48,922 nucleotides of DNA, taken from positions 1 to 48,922 of the IMG/VR virus record IMGVR_UViG_3300032267_000653; one strand, given 5' to 3'. Below the pieces are notes generated by a model. It had not been told where the DNA came from. It worked only from the letters and a program-made list of their open reading frames with translations, and ran no database searches. Position 1 is the first letter of the stretch, and the number at the start of each line of letters is the position of its first letter. This stretch comes from a virus. Its lineage: Duplodnaviria; Caudoviricetes. This document shows, piece by piece, positions 20,016 to 28,901 of the stretch. The position numbers and the translations under genes are program-made.

Positions 20016-20683
20016 TTCCTTCTCTCCCTATAGTTATGGCACGTTTTAACAGGGCACCAACCGCATAACGGGCTTGATACTGCGTTCCATACCCCTGTCT
20101 CCATAGCCTTCTCTAGCCGTTCTAGGTCAAACCGCACATGCTCAAAGTAAGCCAGTCTATGGTGCGCATCGTGTTCTTTATTAACAAACTCATTACTGAC
20201 TACAAATATCAAAGCAGACTTAAGGCTCTTAACATCGGGAAAGTGTGTAAATACCGCCGCCGCTAATAAATCTAATTGCTTTAAGTCTGCATACTTGGCG
20301 TTCTTACTGCTCTTGTAATCAACCAAATACCCTTCATCACCATTGATGATTAGCAAGTCTGCAATCCCTCGATACCACGCATTCTTGTCGTAAAACCCAC
20401 AAGGGCTAAGCTTGCCGCCATTGTTAGCTACACCTAGTTCAATCTCAGTATGCTTCTTACCTGGGATGTTCTTAAGCGCATCAACTGTCTTTTGTATAAA
20501 AGCAAACTGGGGAGGTAATGGTACGTTATCACGTACGTAATCTTCAGCCGCTTTATGCAACTCTTTGCCATACACAGTAGCTTCACTGCCGTCATCCTTT
20601 ACATCCTTAGCAACCTTTAAGTGGTAATACTTTTTAGGGCACTGTTGGAATGTTTTTAAACTACTGTATGACCATGCTGGCAT
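20012..20683 (-). CDS. PD-(D/E)xK nuclease, Cas4/RecB-like
   Basis: SYSSL..F.QCP, RGIAD, VDYKS and C-terminal CGWCPVKTC (1+3 Cys pattern). Confidence 0.8.
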   Translation of the reverse strand: MPAWSYSSLKTFQQCPKKYYHLKVAKDVKDDGSEATVYGKELHKAAEDYVRDNVPLPPQFAFIQKTVDALKNIPGKKHTEIELGVANNGGKLSPCGFYDKNAWYRGIADLLIINGDEGYLVDYKSSKNAKYADLKQLDLLAAAVFTHFPDVKSLKSALIFVVSNEFVNKEHDAHHRLAYFEHVRFDLERLEKAMETGVWNAVSSPLCGWCPVKTCHNYRERRK

Positions 20684-20684
20684 A

Positions 20685-20942
20685 TTATCTTCCGTACTTT
20701 GGTGAGCAAGTTACATCGACTGGGACGTCTGATAAGTATCCATTAATCTTGCGTCTAGACATAACCATATTAGGTCTAAGCCCACTAGACTCGCACTCTT
20801 GAACCGCTATGATTACTTGGTTTCGGCTCATTTGGGGTAGCTCTTTTTCTACCAATACTGTCGTATTAGGTAAGTTTGAGTTGTCTACATAGGGTGATGA
20901 GCATGCCCCTAGCAATCCTGTTAATAATAAAACTTTTTTCAT
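20685..20942 (-). CDS. Putative lipoprotein
   Basis: MKKVLLLTGLLGAC: signal peptide with lipobox. Confidence 0.6.
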   Translation of the reverse strand: MKKVLLLTGLLGACSSPYVDNSNLPNTTVLVEKELPQMSRNQVIIAVQECESSGLRPNMVMSRRKINGYLSDVPVDVTCSPKYGR

Positions 20943-21158
20943 TTAATCCTCCTCTTTGCTACTGTATCTACGAACTGAAGCCCTAGCTTTACATTGGGCA
21001 CAGCGCCATCTAGTTCTAGCTGTTACTACAATTTCTCCACCAAGTTCAGGTTTCATAAACATACAACTAGAACAAAACTTTTTGTTGTTATCGGGAATTG
21101 CGTCTAAGGTACTTACGTTTAGGTTTAACCGCTGCGATTCCAAGCTCTTCTCCGTCAT
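20943..21158 (-). CDS. Small zinc-ribbon protein
   Basis: CSSC...WRCAQC. Confidence 0.55.
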   Translation of the reverse strand: MTEKSLESQRLNLNVSTLDAIPDNNKKFCSSCMFMKPELGGEIVVTARTRWRCAQCKARASVRRYSSKEED

Positions 21159-21288
21159 CTTCTTCTTTCCCTGCTTCAACTAGCATGTCTGCTATTTCCC
21201 ATATTGCTTTTGGATTTATTTCGCCTTTCATTGCAAACCCAACTGTTAGCATAAATGCAAAGCAATCTCTTCGGTCTTGGTCATTCAT
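21088..21288 (-). CDS. Hypothetical protein
   Basis: 66 aa with GGAG RBS, overlapping its neighbours. Confidence 0.55.
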   Translation of the reverse strand: MNDQDRRDCFAFMLTVGFAMKGEINPKAIWEIADMLVEAGKEEDDGEELGIAAVKPKRKYLRRNSR

Positions 21289-21469
21289 TTATACCATGCT
21301 CCATTAGTTTTGCTTTTAGCCTACCAATTTCATTTTGTTGTATACGAATCTGATCTCGGAGCATTTGTTCTTTTTCGTTTTGGTCTTGTAACTGAACCAT
21401 ACCTACAAAAGGGATTGGCTCTACTGTAATCTCTGCATCAATACGATCTTGTGTTGTAAAAGTTGTCAT
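21281..21469 (-). CDS. Hypothetical coiled-coil protein
   Basis: 62 aa, ATGA-coupled, GAGG RBS. Confidence 0.6.
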   Translation of the reverse strand: MTTFTTQDRIDAEITVEPIPFVGMVQLQDQNEKEQMLRDQIRIQQNEIGRLKAKLMEHGINE

Positions 21470-22197
21470 TTTGTTTCCTCATGGTTAGGGTGACGGGCAA
21501 TATTGTTTTCGCCTATTTCTATGATGTTGTACCCATGCCCTCTTAGGTATTCAAATAGTGCATCACGTTTATCTTTATACCAAGGTTTCCATGTCCATGC
21601 TTCAAAAATAATTGGAGGGTAGTTGTTACGTTTAATGGTTTCGATACCACCTTGTATTACCTCTAGCTCATGCCCTTCAACGTCAATTTTTAGCAAACGG
21701 ATATTGTCAAAATTTAACCAATCAAGCAATGTCACATCAATCCGATCAGTAGTATTTACTGTGGGGCATTCGTATTCATTAGCACGGACTTCAGCGTTAA
21801 TACTAAACGCACCGATGTTACCTTCGGTTGCGTAGTCAGGTGTAATTAGTTCTAGCGACGTGCTTTCATTAGACAAAGCTAGTTCATAAGCGTATACGTT
21901 TTCTAAGCTATTAATAATAACGTTAGCACATAGCTGATAGCTTATTATGCGCTGGGGTTCAAAAGCATGGAACTTAATATGTGAATGCTTCTTTGCTAGT
22001 GGAATGCAATAGCTACCTAAGTTAGCGCCAATGTCTAAAACTACACCATCTTTGTGTTTGCTTAGTATTCTTTCAGACATTGCATGAAGGTCAAGCTCGT
22101 AGCCACCATTACGCAAAGCATTAGATATTAAATCGTTCCCGTTAAATATAAGGAACTGCGCATCCATTGATTCAATTATTTGGCAATTTGGAATCAT
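21466..22197 (-). CDS. FkbM-family SAM-dependent methyltransferase
   Basis: VLDIGANLG, AFEP and KIDVEGHELEVIQG motifs. Confidence 0.85.
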   Translation of the reverse strand: MIPNCQIIESMDAQFLIFNGNDLISNALRNGGYELDLHAMSERILSKHKDGVVLDIGANLGSYCIPLAKKHSHIKFHAFEPQRIISYQLCANVIINSLENVYAYELALSNESTSLELITPDYATEGNIGAFSINAEVRANEYECPTVNTTDRIDVTLLDWLNFDNIRLLKIDVEGHELEVIQGGIETIKRNNYPPIIFEAWTWKPWYKDKRDALFEYLRGHGYNIIEIGENNIARHPNHEETK

Positions 22198-22198
22198 C

Positions 22199-22969
22199 TT
22201 AACCCCTTGGTAAAGTACCGCTAAAGTTATAAGTACCGCTATGAGTTAGCTTTGCCCAAGGTGCGGCATACACTTTAAAGCCAGCCTTACGAGCAATCTT
22301 GCAGAAGTGGTAGTCCTCAGATAGCAGTCGGTTTGTTTCTTCGTCAATGCTGGTATCAAAGAACTCGCTAATGACTTTCTTTACTGGGTTCTTATCAACA
22401 ATTAAAATCATGTCGTTGGTATAAGTTGGCACTAATGGCTTTAAAGTTTCAAACACATTGCGTCTAATCAACATATAGCCTGTACCACCATTGTCAATCT
22501 CCATTGGCTCGTTGATGTTCCCTGTGCTTTCTCTAACACCGCCTACAAGATTAACCACAAAAGAGCCTGTGTAGTTAGGCAAGTCTTTATAGTCAACACC
22601 TTTTTTGACCGCATCAGATACTAACTGCCAATTAATTTCTTTCTTTGGGTATAGACCGCAGATAATGTCCTTGTCTGCTCTAACCATACGAACAATATCT
22701 TCGGGGTCAAAACTAATGTCAGCATCAATAAACATTAGATGAGTAGCATCTGACGCTAAAAAGTCATAAGCCATCCCGTTACGGGCACGGGTAATCAAAG
22801 ACTCGTTTTGCATGTAGGAATAATACATTTGAATTTTATGTTTCATAAAAGTTTGTACGCAATTCAAAATACCCATGGTGTATCCACCTACGCACATACC
22901 ACCATACATTGGTGTGGCTATAAATAACTTAGCGGGCTTCGGTGCTTGCTCTGCGTTTAGTTCTAACAT
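22199..22969 (-). CDS. GT-A fold glycosyltransferase-like protein
   Basis: FIATP, ITRARN, FIDAD (DxD), GTGYMLIRR and LSEDYHFC motifs. Confidence 0.8.
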   Translation of the reverse strand: MLELNAEQAPKPAKLFIATPMYGGMCVGGYTMGILNCVQTFMKHKIQMYYSYMQNESLITRARNGMAYDFLASDATHLMFIDADISFDPEDIVRMVRADKDIICGLYPKKEINWQLVSDAVKKGVDYKDLPNYTGSFVVNLVGGVRESTGNINEPMEIDNGGTGYMLIRRNVFETLKPLVPTYTNDMILIVDKNPVKKVISEFFDTSIDEETNRLLSEDYHFCKIARKAGFKVYAAPWAKLTHSGTYNFSGTLPRG

Positions 22970-23443
22970 TTATTTCTTTTCCTTTTTAAGTTTATAGCCT
23001 TTGCTAGCAAGAGCTTCTTTAATTTGACCTACACCTACTTTGCTAAGTCCAGGGGTTCTCCAAGTTAAATCAGATTCGGTCTGAGTAAGCAACTCTTGAA
23101 GATTATTTACACCGATGCCTTTCAAAGCATTTATGGCACGAACAGTTAGTGTCACAGGGCAATCAGGGTCATCAAGCTTTAGATACTCTTCTTTTACAAA
23201 CCCTTTCGCATCTTTGTTAGCCGTTATACCTTTAGGGTCGATCATACGAATGCGATCATAAGCCCTTTCAAGGTTAGCTACTGTTGTATCAAAGTCAGAC
23301 TTAAGTTTTTCATAAGCCTTTTTATATCTTTCCTCAGATTCAAGTTTTGCTTTAGAAGGTGGCACTTGAACCAAGTCATTACCCGCAAACTTACTAAAGC
23401 TAACCATCTCTGCAATCGAATTAAACTCCACATGTATTTTCAT
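22970..23443 (-). CDS. Protein with an RNA polymerase alpha C-terminal-domain-like module
   Basis: LTVRAINALKGIGV...L...TESDL...TPGLSKVGVGQIKEALASKG resembles E. coli alpha-CTD LTVRSANCLK...[20 protein letters not shown]. Start MKIHVEF is TAATG-coupled to the polymerase. Confidence 0.75.
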   Translation of the reverse strand: MKIHVEFNSIAEMVSFSKFAGNDLVQVPPSKAKLESEERYKKAYEKLKSDFDTTVANLERAYDRIRMIDPKGITANKDAKGFVKEEYLKLDDPDCPVTLTVRAINALKGIGVNNLQELLTQTESDLTWRTPGLSKVGVGQIKEALASKGYKLKKEKK

Positions 23444-25266
23444 TAACATTCTCCATAAGATTTTCCAACTCCCGACTCGCAACTCAGAGGTAGGTCTACT
23501 GCCCACTTAGGTCGCATCCTCATACACATCTCAACATACTCTTGACCAGTTTGTGCTTCTTGCTCAGGTATAACGCAAGCAATCGCATCATGCACAGTCA
23601 TTACAACTTTGTACTTCTTTGCTACTTGTAACATCTGCTCACCAATAATGATTCGAGCTAAGGCTTGACAAACATTCTCAATAACCTTACCGCCATATAT
23701 CCTGTTAGGGATAACGGCTTTGCCCTTCTTGGTGTCGTATACATACTCGTCTTTGCCCTGTTCGTTACGCATCTTGCGTAGGTTTGGGTATTTAACATAT
23801 AAGCCGTTAGGCAGACGAATGCCTTTGCGCCCATCTACAAACAACACACCCTTGCGCCCTATCGGAGCAGTTTGGTCGTTAATGATGGCATCTAAAGCTA
23901 GCCCCGCTTGTTTCCACAACTGCGGTATCCAGTCATAAGTCTCACGATATACTTGGATAATACGGGTGGCTTCCCCCTCTTCAATCTCCACATTAAAAGT
24001 TTTGAGCTGAGTTTGGAATTTCTTACTGCCCATGCCATAGCCACATCCCAATATCGTCGTCTTACCGACGAACCTTTCATCCTTGCTAATTTCTTCTTGA
24101 TTCTTGCCATAAATAGACGATGCCATGATTTTGTATACATCTTCGCCCCTTTCAAATGCGTCAACCAAATCGTTCTGTTCGGCCAGCCACGCTAATGTTC
24201 TTGCTTCTATTTGGCTAGAGTCAGAGTCCACAAGCACCGATCCAGGCGGCGCCATTATTGCTTTCTTTAACATCGACCCCCTTGGTAGGTTCTGCAAGTT
24301 AACCTTGTCATCACCGCCCCAACGACCCGTATGAGCCGCATAGTAGCGTAGGGGTATGGGGAATAAGCCTCGCTGCGCTATCTCAATAAACCGCTCAGTC
24401 CTTGTTTCTTCAATGGTTGACTTCACTCCTAAGCGCGCTGATGCTAACGCTTGCACCACTTCGTTCTCGTGCTCAAGTAGTTCTTTGAACCCTTCGTCAG
24501 TCTTAGCAAATGCCCATGCTTCTTTACCTGTCGTAGCACTAATCTTGCGTGGGGGTTCTATACCCTGCGCTATGAGCAACTCAGCAAACTTGTCATTGCT
24601 CATCAACAATTCTTTTTCTTTCTCAATGCTAGCGAGCAGACTTTCTTTTCTCTGCCGTACCACACCCAAGTGGTCATGCAATATAGTGCCGTCAAGCCAT
24701 AAGCTAGGCTCAGTAAACATACGGATGGTCAGGTCTATCAGCCGTAGCTCAATAGGGGGAAAGCCTGCACTTAGAATTTTAAACAAATCCATCGTAAGAA
24801 CCACGTCGTTCTTACAGTATTCACCATACTTGGCTAGGTCTTGGGCATTGAAGTCTATGCGATGCTTACCAAGCGCATTTAACACCTCTGTGCCCTTGAC
24901 CCCTAAGTTATAGTGTTCAGCCAACTTAGCAAGGCTACCGCCAACTTCCGTGCCATGTATTGCTCTTGCCATGGATAGCGTATCTACAATGGCTTTAGGT
25001 CTTATATCAAATATAAAACTAAGGATAGCCATATCAAAAACAGCGTTATGCGCAATGACCAAATTTTTATCGAGTTCATATTTATCTAATGCTTTCTTTA
25101 ACTGTGCTTTAGTACCGCTATACCAACGGGGTTCCCCACCATCCTCTTGAATAGCAAAGCCAATCGTCTCAAACTCAGAGCCACGGATGTATTCCTCCGT
25201 AGTCATTTTGCTAAGCGAGTAGGTTTGGGAATAATACGTTTCGAAGTCTATGCAAAATATTTTCAA
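23443..25266 (-). CDS. polA: Family A DNA polymerase with 3'-5' exonuclease
   Basis: DFET and HNAVFD exonuclease motifs; HTGRW, NLQNLP; motif A DSSQIEAR, motif B RFVGKTTILGCGYG, motif C VHDA. Confidence 0.92.
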   Translation of the reverse strand: MKIFCIDFETYYSQTYSLSKMTTEEYIRGSEFETIGFAIQEDGGEPRWYSGTKAQLKKALDKYELDKNLVIAHNAVFDMAILSFIFDIRPKAIVDTLSMARAIHGTEVGGSLAKLAEHYNLGVKGTEVLNALGKHRIDFNAQDLAKYGEYCKNDVVLTMDLFKILSAGFPPIELRLIDLTIRMFTEPSLWLDGTILHDHLGVVRQRKESLLASIEKEKELLMSNDKFAELLIAQGIEPPRKISATTGKEAWAFAKTDEGFKELLEHENEVVQALASARLGVKSTIEETRTERFIEIAQRGLFPIPLRYYAAHTGRWGGDDKVNLQNLPRGSMLKKAIMAPPGSVLVDSDSSQIEARTLAWLAEQNDLVDAFERGEDVYKIMASSIYGKNQEEISKDERFVGKTTILGCGYGMGSKKFQTQLKTFNVEIEEGEATRIIQVYRETYDWIPQLWKQAGLALDAIINDQTAPIGRKGVLFVDGRKGIRLPNGLYVKYPNLRKMRNEQGKDEYVYDTKKGKAVIPNRIYGGKVIENVCQALARIIIGEQMLQVAKKYKVVMTVHDAIACVIPEQEAQTGQEYVEMCMRMRPKWAVDLPLSCESGVGKSYGEC

Positions 25267-25661
25267 AACGAACCTTTGGGGCTTCCGCCTGCAACTCGCC
25301 GAGAAAGAGATGATAGTTCCTCAACAGAAAGAGTAAGGGAATGGGGTAGGGTAGTAGTAGGTACATCTGAAAGACGGAACTCACGGGATTCGCCTAGCAG
25401 GGTATTCATAACTTGCTTAGTAAAAAGATCTCCTTGCAAACCCCGCAGCTTTTCGTATAGCGCTTTGATTTCTTTGTCGGTTAGGAACGGCAACTGATCT
25501 CTGTAGTCCTTGCCCCCATTGGTTCGCATTTCAACGGAGAGAAGAATGTCTCGCCACTTAGGGGGATACCCATCCCGAAGGCTAGGAACAAACTCATCAG
25601 GGTTACTGCTCATGCGTTCAAGTAATATCTGAACACCTTTATTTAATTCAACATCTGCCAT
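25263..25661 (-). CDS. Hypothetical protein
   Basis: Start MADVEL with GAGGAGG RBS. Confidence 0.6.
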   Translation of the reverse strand: MADVELNKGVQILLERMSSNPDEFVPSLRDGYPPKWRDILLSVEMRTNGGKDYRDQLPFLTDKEIKALYEKLRGLQGDLFTKQVMNTLLGESREFRLSDVPTTTLPHSLTLSVEELSSLSRRVAGGSPKGSF

Positions 25662-25968
25662 CAATATCCTCCTCGTCAAGTAAGCTCCTTAAGGTTGCAC
25701 CTAACAATGTTAGGCTTTCCTCATTTACTACATAGGCAATTCCACCCGCATCACGGATGTCTGCCATTTCTTTTTCTTGTAGCGCAGTAGGCTTATTGTT
25801 TCCCGCCTTGCATTCTATGGCAAGGAACTTCCCATTAGCACAGCATATGATATCAGGCACACCGCTTCTGCCATAGCCATGTGTCGCAGGGAAAAAATAA
25901 TAAATGCCGTAAGCCTTGATTAGCTTAACGACTTTATCTTTAACTTTCTTTTCGGGAGTAGATGCCAT
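25648..25968 (-). CDS. VRR-NUC-type nuclease/resolvase
   Basis: PEKKV, GVPDII, AIECK, PTALQ and GGIAYVV motifs. Confidence 0.85.
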   Translation of the reverse strand: MASTPEKKVKDKVVKLIKAYGIYYFFPATHGYGRSGVPDIICCANGKFLAIECKAGNNKPTALQEKEMADIRDAGGIAYVVNEESLTLLGATLRSLLDEEDIDGRC

Positions 25969-25974
25969 GCCACC

Positions 25975-26002
25975 ATACTAACATGGTGTTGGACTTTGTC
26001 AA
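25975..26002 (-). promoter_or_regulatory. Sigma70-type promoter, probably leaderless
   Basis: TTGACA (25997-26002), 16-nt spacer, TGT-TAGTAT (25975-25980). The ATG lies 6 nt after the -10 box. Confidence 0.55.
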
Positions 26003-26033
26003 GGGGGGAATTAAAATATATTTGGGAGGGGTT

Positions 26034-26167
26034 GGGGGGATATGTAGATTATCTGCCCCCCTCAGATTTTGGATTCAGCTAGCGTAAGAAGTCATTGGGG
26101 CAACTAGCTGAGGATAAAATCGTTTGCATCTACAAGGCTAATAGGTTCTATCGTAATCAAATGCCCC
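26034..26167 (-). ncRNA. Candidate structured RNA element
   Basis: Five complementary segment pairs within 134 intergenic nt, with two pseudoknot crossings. Confidence 0.4.
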
Positions 26168-26175
26168 TAACATTG

Positions 26176-26700
26176 TTAGGTCTTGCTTAGATTTGCAACC
26201 GCACGATTGAGATACCATTGCGCCTTCTTAAGGTTTTCCAACTTCTCATCCTTGTGGTCAGCACGACTAATGTATTTCACTACATTACCTAAATGATAAT
26301 CCAACTGCTTAGCTTCGATAAAGTCGATAGTCTCAATACCACCCACCTTATAGTGGCTCGGGCTATTCACCTTGTCCTCTGCAAACAAAACCATTGATGC
26401 TACTGCGTTAGGTGCAAGTGTTGAAGGTATCTGGCGACGAGGGCGACGACCACGCTTAGCGAAAGTAGCTTTACCCCGAGGCGATGCGCTCTTGTTGTAT
26501 CTATCTACAACATCCTTAACCATTTGCTTGGCAGTAACAAACTTGTTGCCTTTAGTCGCTGCCGATTTCATATTACTCCTACGCTGATATACGCTAGCCA
26601 TGCTAACACCAAACTTCTTGGCAACTACGCTAGTCTTTACATCAGGGTTGTTTGCCATGTATGCGTTAATCTTTTTGCTTTTGGTTGATACTTTTCTCAT
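26176..26700 (-). CDS. HTH plus DUF3310-like protein
   Basis: N-terminal TSVVAKKFGVSMASVYQ; C-terminal DKVNSPSHYKVGGIETIDFI...GNVVKYISRA...LKKAQWYL. Confidence 0.75.
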   Translation of the reverse strand: MRKVSTKSKKINAYMANNPDVKTSVVAKKFGVSMASVYQRRSNMKSAATKGNKFVTAKQMVKDVVDRYNKSASPRGKATFAKRGRRPRRQIPSTLAPNAVASMVLFAEDKVNSPSHYKVGGIETIDFIEAKQLDYHLGNVVKYISRADHKDEKLENLKKAQWYLNRAVANLSKT

Positions 26701-26875
26701 TTACTTCTCCTTGTTGTTGAATATAACTAGCTAGCACTTCCCTAATCTTTGCGTTCTTGTTAGGGTAAGCATTAAAAAACTGCATTACTTCTGTTGGTAA
26801 TCTGAGGGGGAAGTAAACCATTGCAGGCTTTACCCCCTTACCTCTACCTTTCTTTGGGCTTACTTCATTCATCAT
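26666..26875 (-). CDS. Small ribbon-helix-helix (BrnA-like) protein
   Basis: GRGKG..PAMVYFPLRLPTEVMQFF...KIREVLASYI fits a beta-alpha-alpha pattern. Confidence 0.5.
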   Translation of the reverse strand: MMNEVSPKKGRGKGVKPAMVYFPLRLPTEVMQFFNAYPNKNAKIREVLASYIQQQGEVNEKSINQKQKD

Positions 26876-27083
26876 TTTCTCTTTGGTTAGCTTCTCTGTT
26901 AATCTTAAATAAATAATCATCACGATACTCAGTAGGTGGAACAAACCCATACCGCTTAAAGGTTTTCATTACATCAGAACCGCCTGTGTATACGAACTTA
27001 GAGTTAGTATCTATAGCCATAGCTTGTCTCCTTTCCTTAGGTTGGTCTGCAACTACATCAAATTTGCGTTTGAATATTCTCAT
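26865..27083 (-). CDS. Hypothetical protein
   Basis: 72 aa, AAGGAG RBS. Confidence 0.6.
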   Translation of the reverse strand: MRIFKRKFDVVADQPKERRQAMAIDTNSKFVYTGGSDVMKTFKRYGFVPPTEYRDDYLFKINREANQRENDE

Positions 27084-27092
27084 ATCTACTCC

Positions 27093-27929
27093 TTAGCTAA
27101 CATTGTTAGGCATCACCAAGAAAGTCGTTTCGCTTGCACGAACACCGACACCATCTATTACTTGGTTATCTTCAACTAATTTAAGTAGCCCTACTGCCCT
27201 TCGCATAAAGTCAGGCAACTCTTCACTTGCTTTTATTTCTAAAGGGTCTTTGCCCTTTTGTATAGAATAGTTTACTCCATCTATGAACACAATGTAAGCG
27301 TCTCCTAAACGCAACGCTTCTTGCATTGCATCAACTGAACTAAACTCAGCTATGGCAGATGGCAACTTCTCTAGGTTATCACTTGGTTTTTTATCCCCTG
27401 CTACTGTGCTAGCAAACATAGCATAGTTATCATAGATAAACTTTTGTGTATGCTCTTGCAACGCATCCCACTTGTGAGACAAGTCCCACCTCTTCTGATT
27501 GTGAACTTGCCCTAGCACATTAGTGATATCTCGATGAGCCTCAGTAAACTTTTCGCTTACATTCTTTTTACCAAAGAACTTACCCACATGCTTGAGTGCT
27601 TTATCTTCGTGGATTGTTTTCATACCACGACCACGCTCTCGCACACCATTGATACGATGGTTATCTACACAATACCGCCACCCACCATTGCTCGTATACT
27701 CTTTGTCAATTGTGCCTAGCACTTCTCTCTTATCCACAACATTAAAACGATACGCTTCGTGAATCTTTTTGGTTCTGTCGGTAGACATATGCACTTCTTC
27801 AAATGTCCATTGTGGATACTTGAGTGCTAGCTTCTCTATAAAGCTTTTGAGAAAGGGGTCGATAACTGATTCCTTTTCACCCTCTCCAAACATGTCATGC
27901 TTCTTTAATTTGATGTTCTCGTATGTCAT
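27093..27929 (-). CDS. Hypothetical protein
   Basis: 278 aa, GGGGAG RBS. Confidence 0.75.
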   Translation of the reverse strand: MTYENIKLKKHDMFGEGEKESVIDPFLKSFIEKLALKYPQWTFEEVHMSTDRTKKIHEAYRFNVVDKREVLGTIDKEYTSNGGWRYCVDNHRINGVRERGRGMKTIHEDKALKHVGKFFGKKNVSEKFTEAHRDITNVLGQVHNQKRWDLSHKWDALQEHTQKFIYDNYAMFASTVAGDKKPSDNLEKLPSAIAEFSSVDAMQEALRLGDAYIVFIDGVNYSIQKGKDPLEIKASEELPDFMRRAVGLLKLVEDNQVIDGVGVRASETTFLVMPNNVS

Positions 27930-28041
27930 CTGATTACTTCTCCCCTAAATAAATATTAACTAAAACATATAAGGCAAAAGCCCATGTAAGCGCCCCTGTT
28001 AAAGCAAGTATTGTTACTATTACAGTAAACATAAACCCCCC

Positions 28042-28899
28042 TTACCAATCAAACTTCTTAAGAATGTCATCAACCTTAGACTTCACAGACTGCCGAACTT
28101 CTGCATGTTCTTTAATGTCCTCGATATCAACACCTAACATTGTTAGCTCGAGGGAACGGCGAGCGCTCTCAAGCAATGGGTCTTTCGTTATGTTTAAGTG
28201 TGTAAGTAAACCGCATAGCTCCTGCGCATTTGTAATCAGGGTATCGTGATACCGCTTCTTAGTATCGTCATCACCCTCTATGTCGGTTAGCTTTTCTGAG
28301 ATATGCACAAGGTTCTTATGCAACTTCTCCCATGGTTCACGCATGGCATCTTTGAGCCTGTCATTAAACGCTGACTCATACTGCTCACCCAATTCATCCA
28401 TGTCCGCTTTTGGAATATCTAAACGGAAGTCACCACCCTCAGGCAACGGAGAGAATACCAATCGGAATCCGAACTTGCTACGCAACTCCTCGATACTTGG
28501 ATAGTCGTAAGGGTTGAACAACGCACCCATATGATGTTTCGCTAAGTCGATCAGGTCTGCATAGTTTGCATAGAAGTCCTCAATCATGGTAGTCATGTTG
28601 CTCTGATACACATTCATGTTTGACTTGTAGTCCATGAACAAGCTTGTGGGTAGTAGCCTAGCACCTTTGTCTGACCACGACAGCGTAGTCTGATTATGGT
28701 AGAGCCTAGCCCTAGCAGCGTAGTCAGCTATCTTCTTACGCTTGTCCGTTCCTGCCATTAGATTCTTCCGCACTTGGGCTGAACCGCTACTTGCACTATT
28801 ACTCGCAAGCACGATATCGGTTGCACCCTTGTCCAACTTGTTAGCAGTCCAAACACTAATGTTTAGCTCTACTAATACTGCGCTACTAGATATACTCAT
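28042..28899 (-). CDS. Helical protein, DUF3150-like, in the AAA/vWA module
   Basis: 285 aa. LVELNISVW, KNL, GARLLP, YDYPS and LN pattern, adjacent to the AAA and vWA genes. Confidence 0.5.
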   Translation of the reverse strand: MSISSSAVLVELNISVWTANKLDKGATDIVLASNSASSGSAQVRKNLMAGTDKRKKIADYAARARLYHNQTTLSWSDKGARLLPTSLFMDYKSNMNVYQSNMTTMIEDFYANYADLIDLAKHHMGALFNPYDYPSIEELRSKFGFRLVFSPLPEGGDFRLDIPKADMDELGEQYESAFNDRLKDAMREPWEKLHKNLVHISEKLTDIEGDDDTKKRYHDTLITNAQELCGLLTHLNITKDPLLESARRSLELTMLGVDIEDIKEHAEVRQSVKSKVDDILKKFDW

Positions 28900-28901
28900 G
28901 A

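Noticed and set aside
20012-20683. Cas4-like nuclease as evidence of CRISPR-Cas
   Set aside because: Stand-alone Cas4-like exonucleases are common in phage replication modules, and no other cas genes are present.
24356-24913. Long antisense ORFs (185 aa here, 184 aa at 30483-31037, and many shorter ones)
   Set aside because: They are shadows of well-supported genes on the opposite strand, with no RBS or motifs.
23443-25266. DpoZ-type polymerase or modified-base genome
   Set aside because: No purZ, datZ or other base-synthesis genes are visible in the window.
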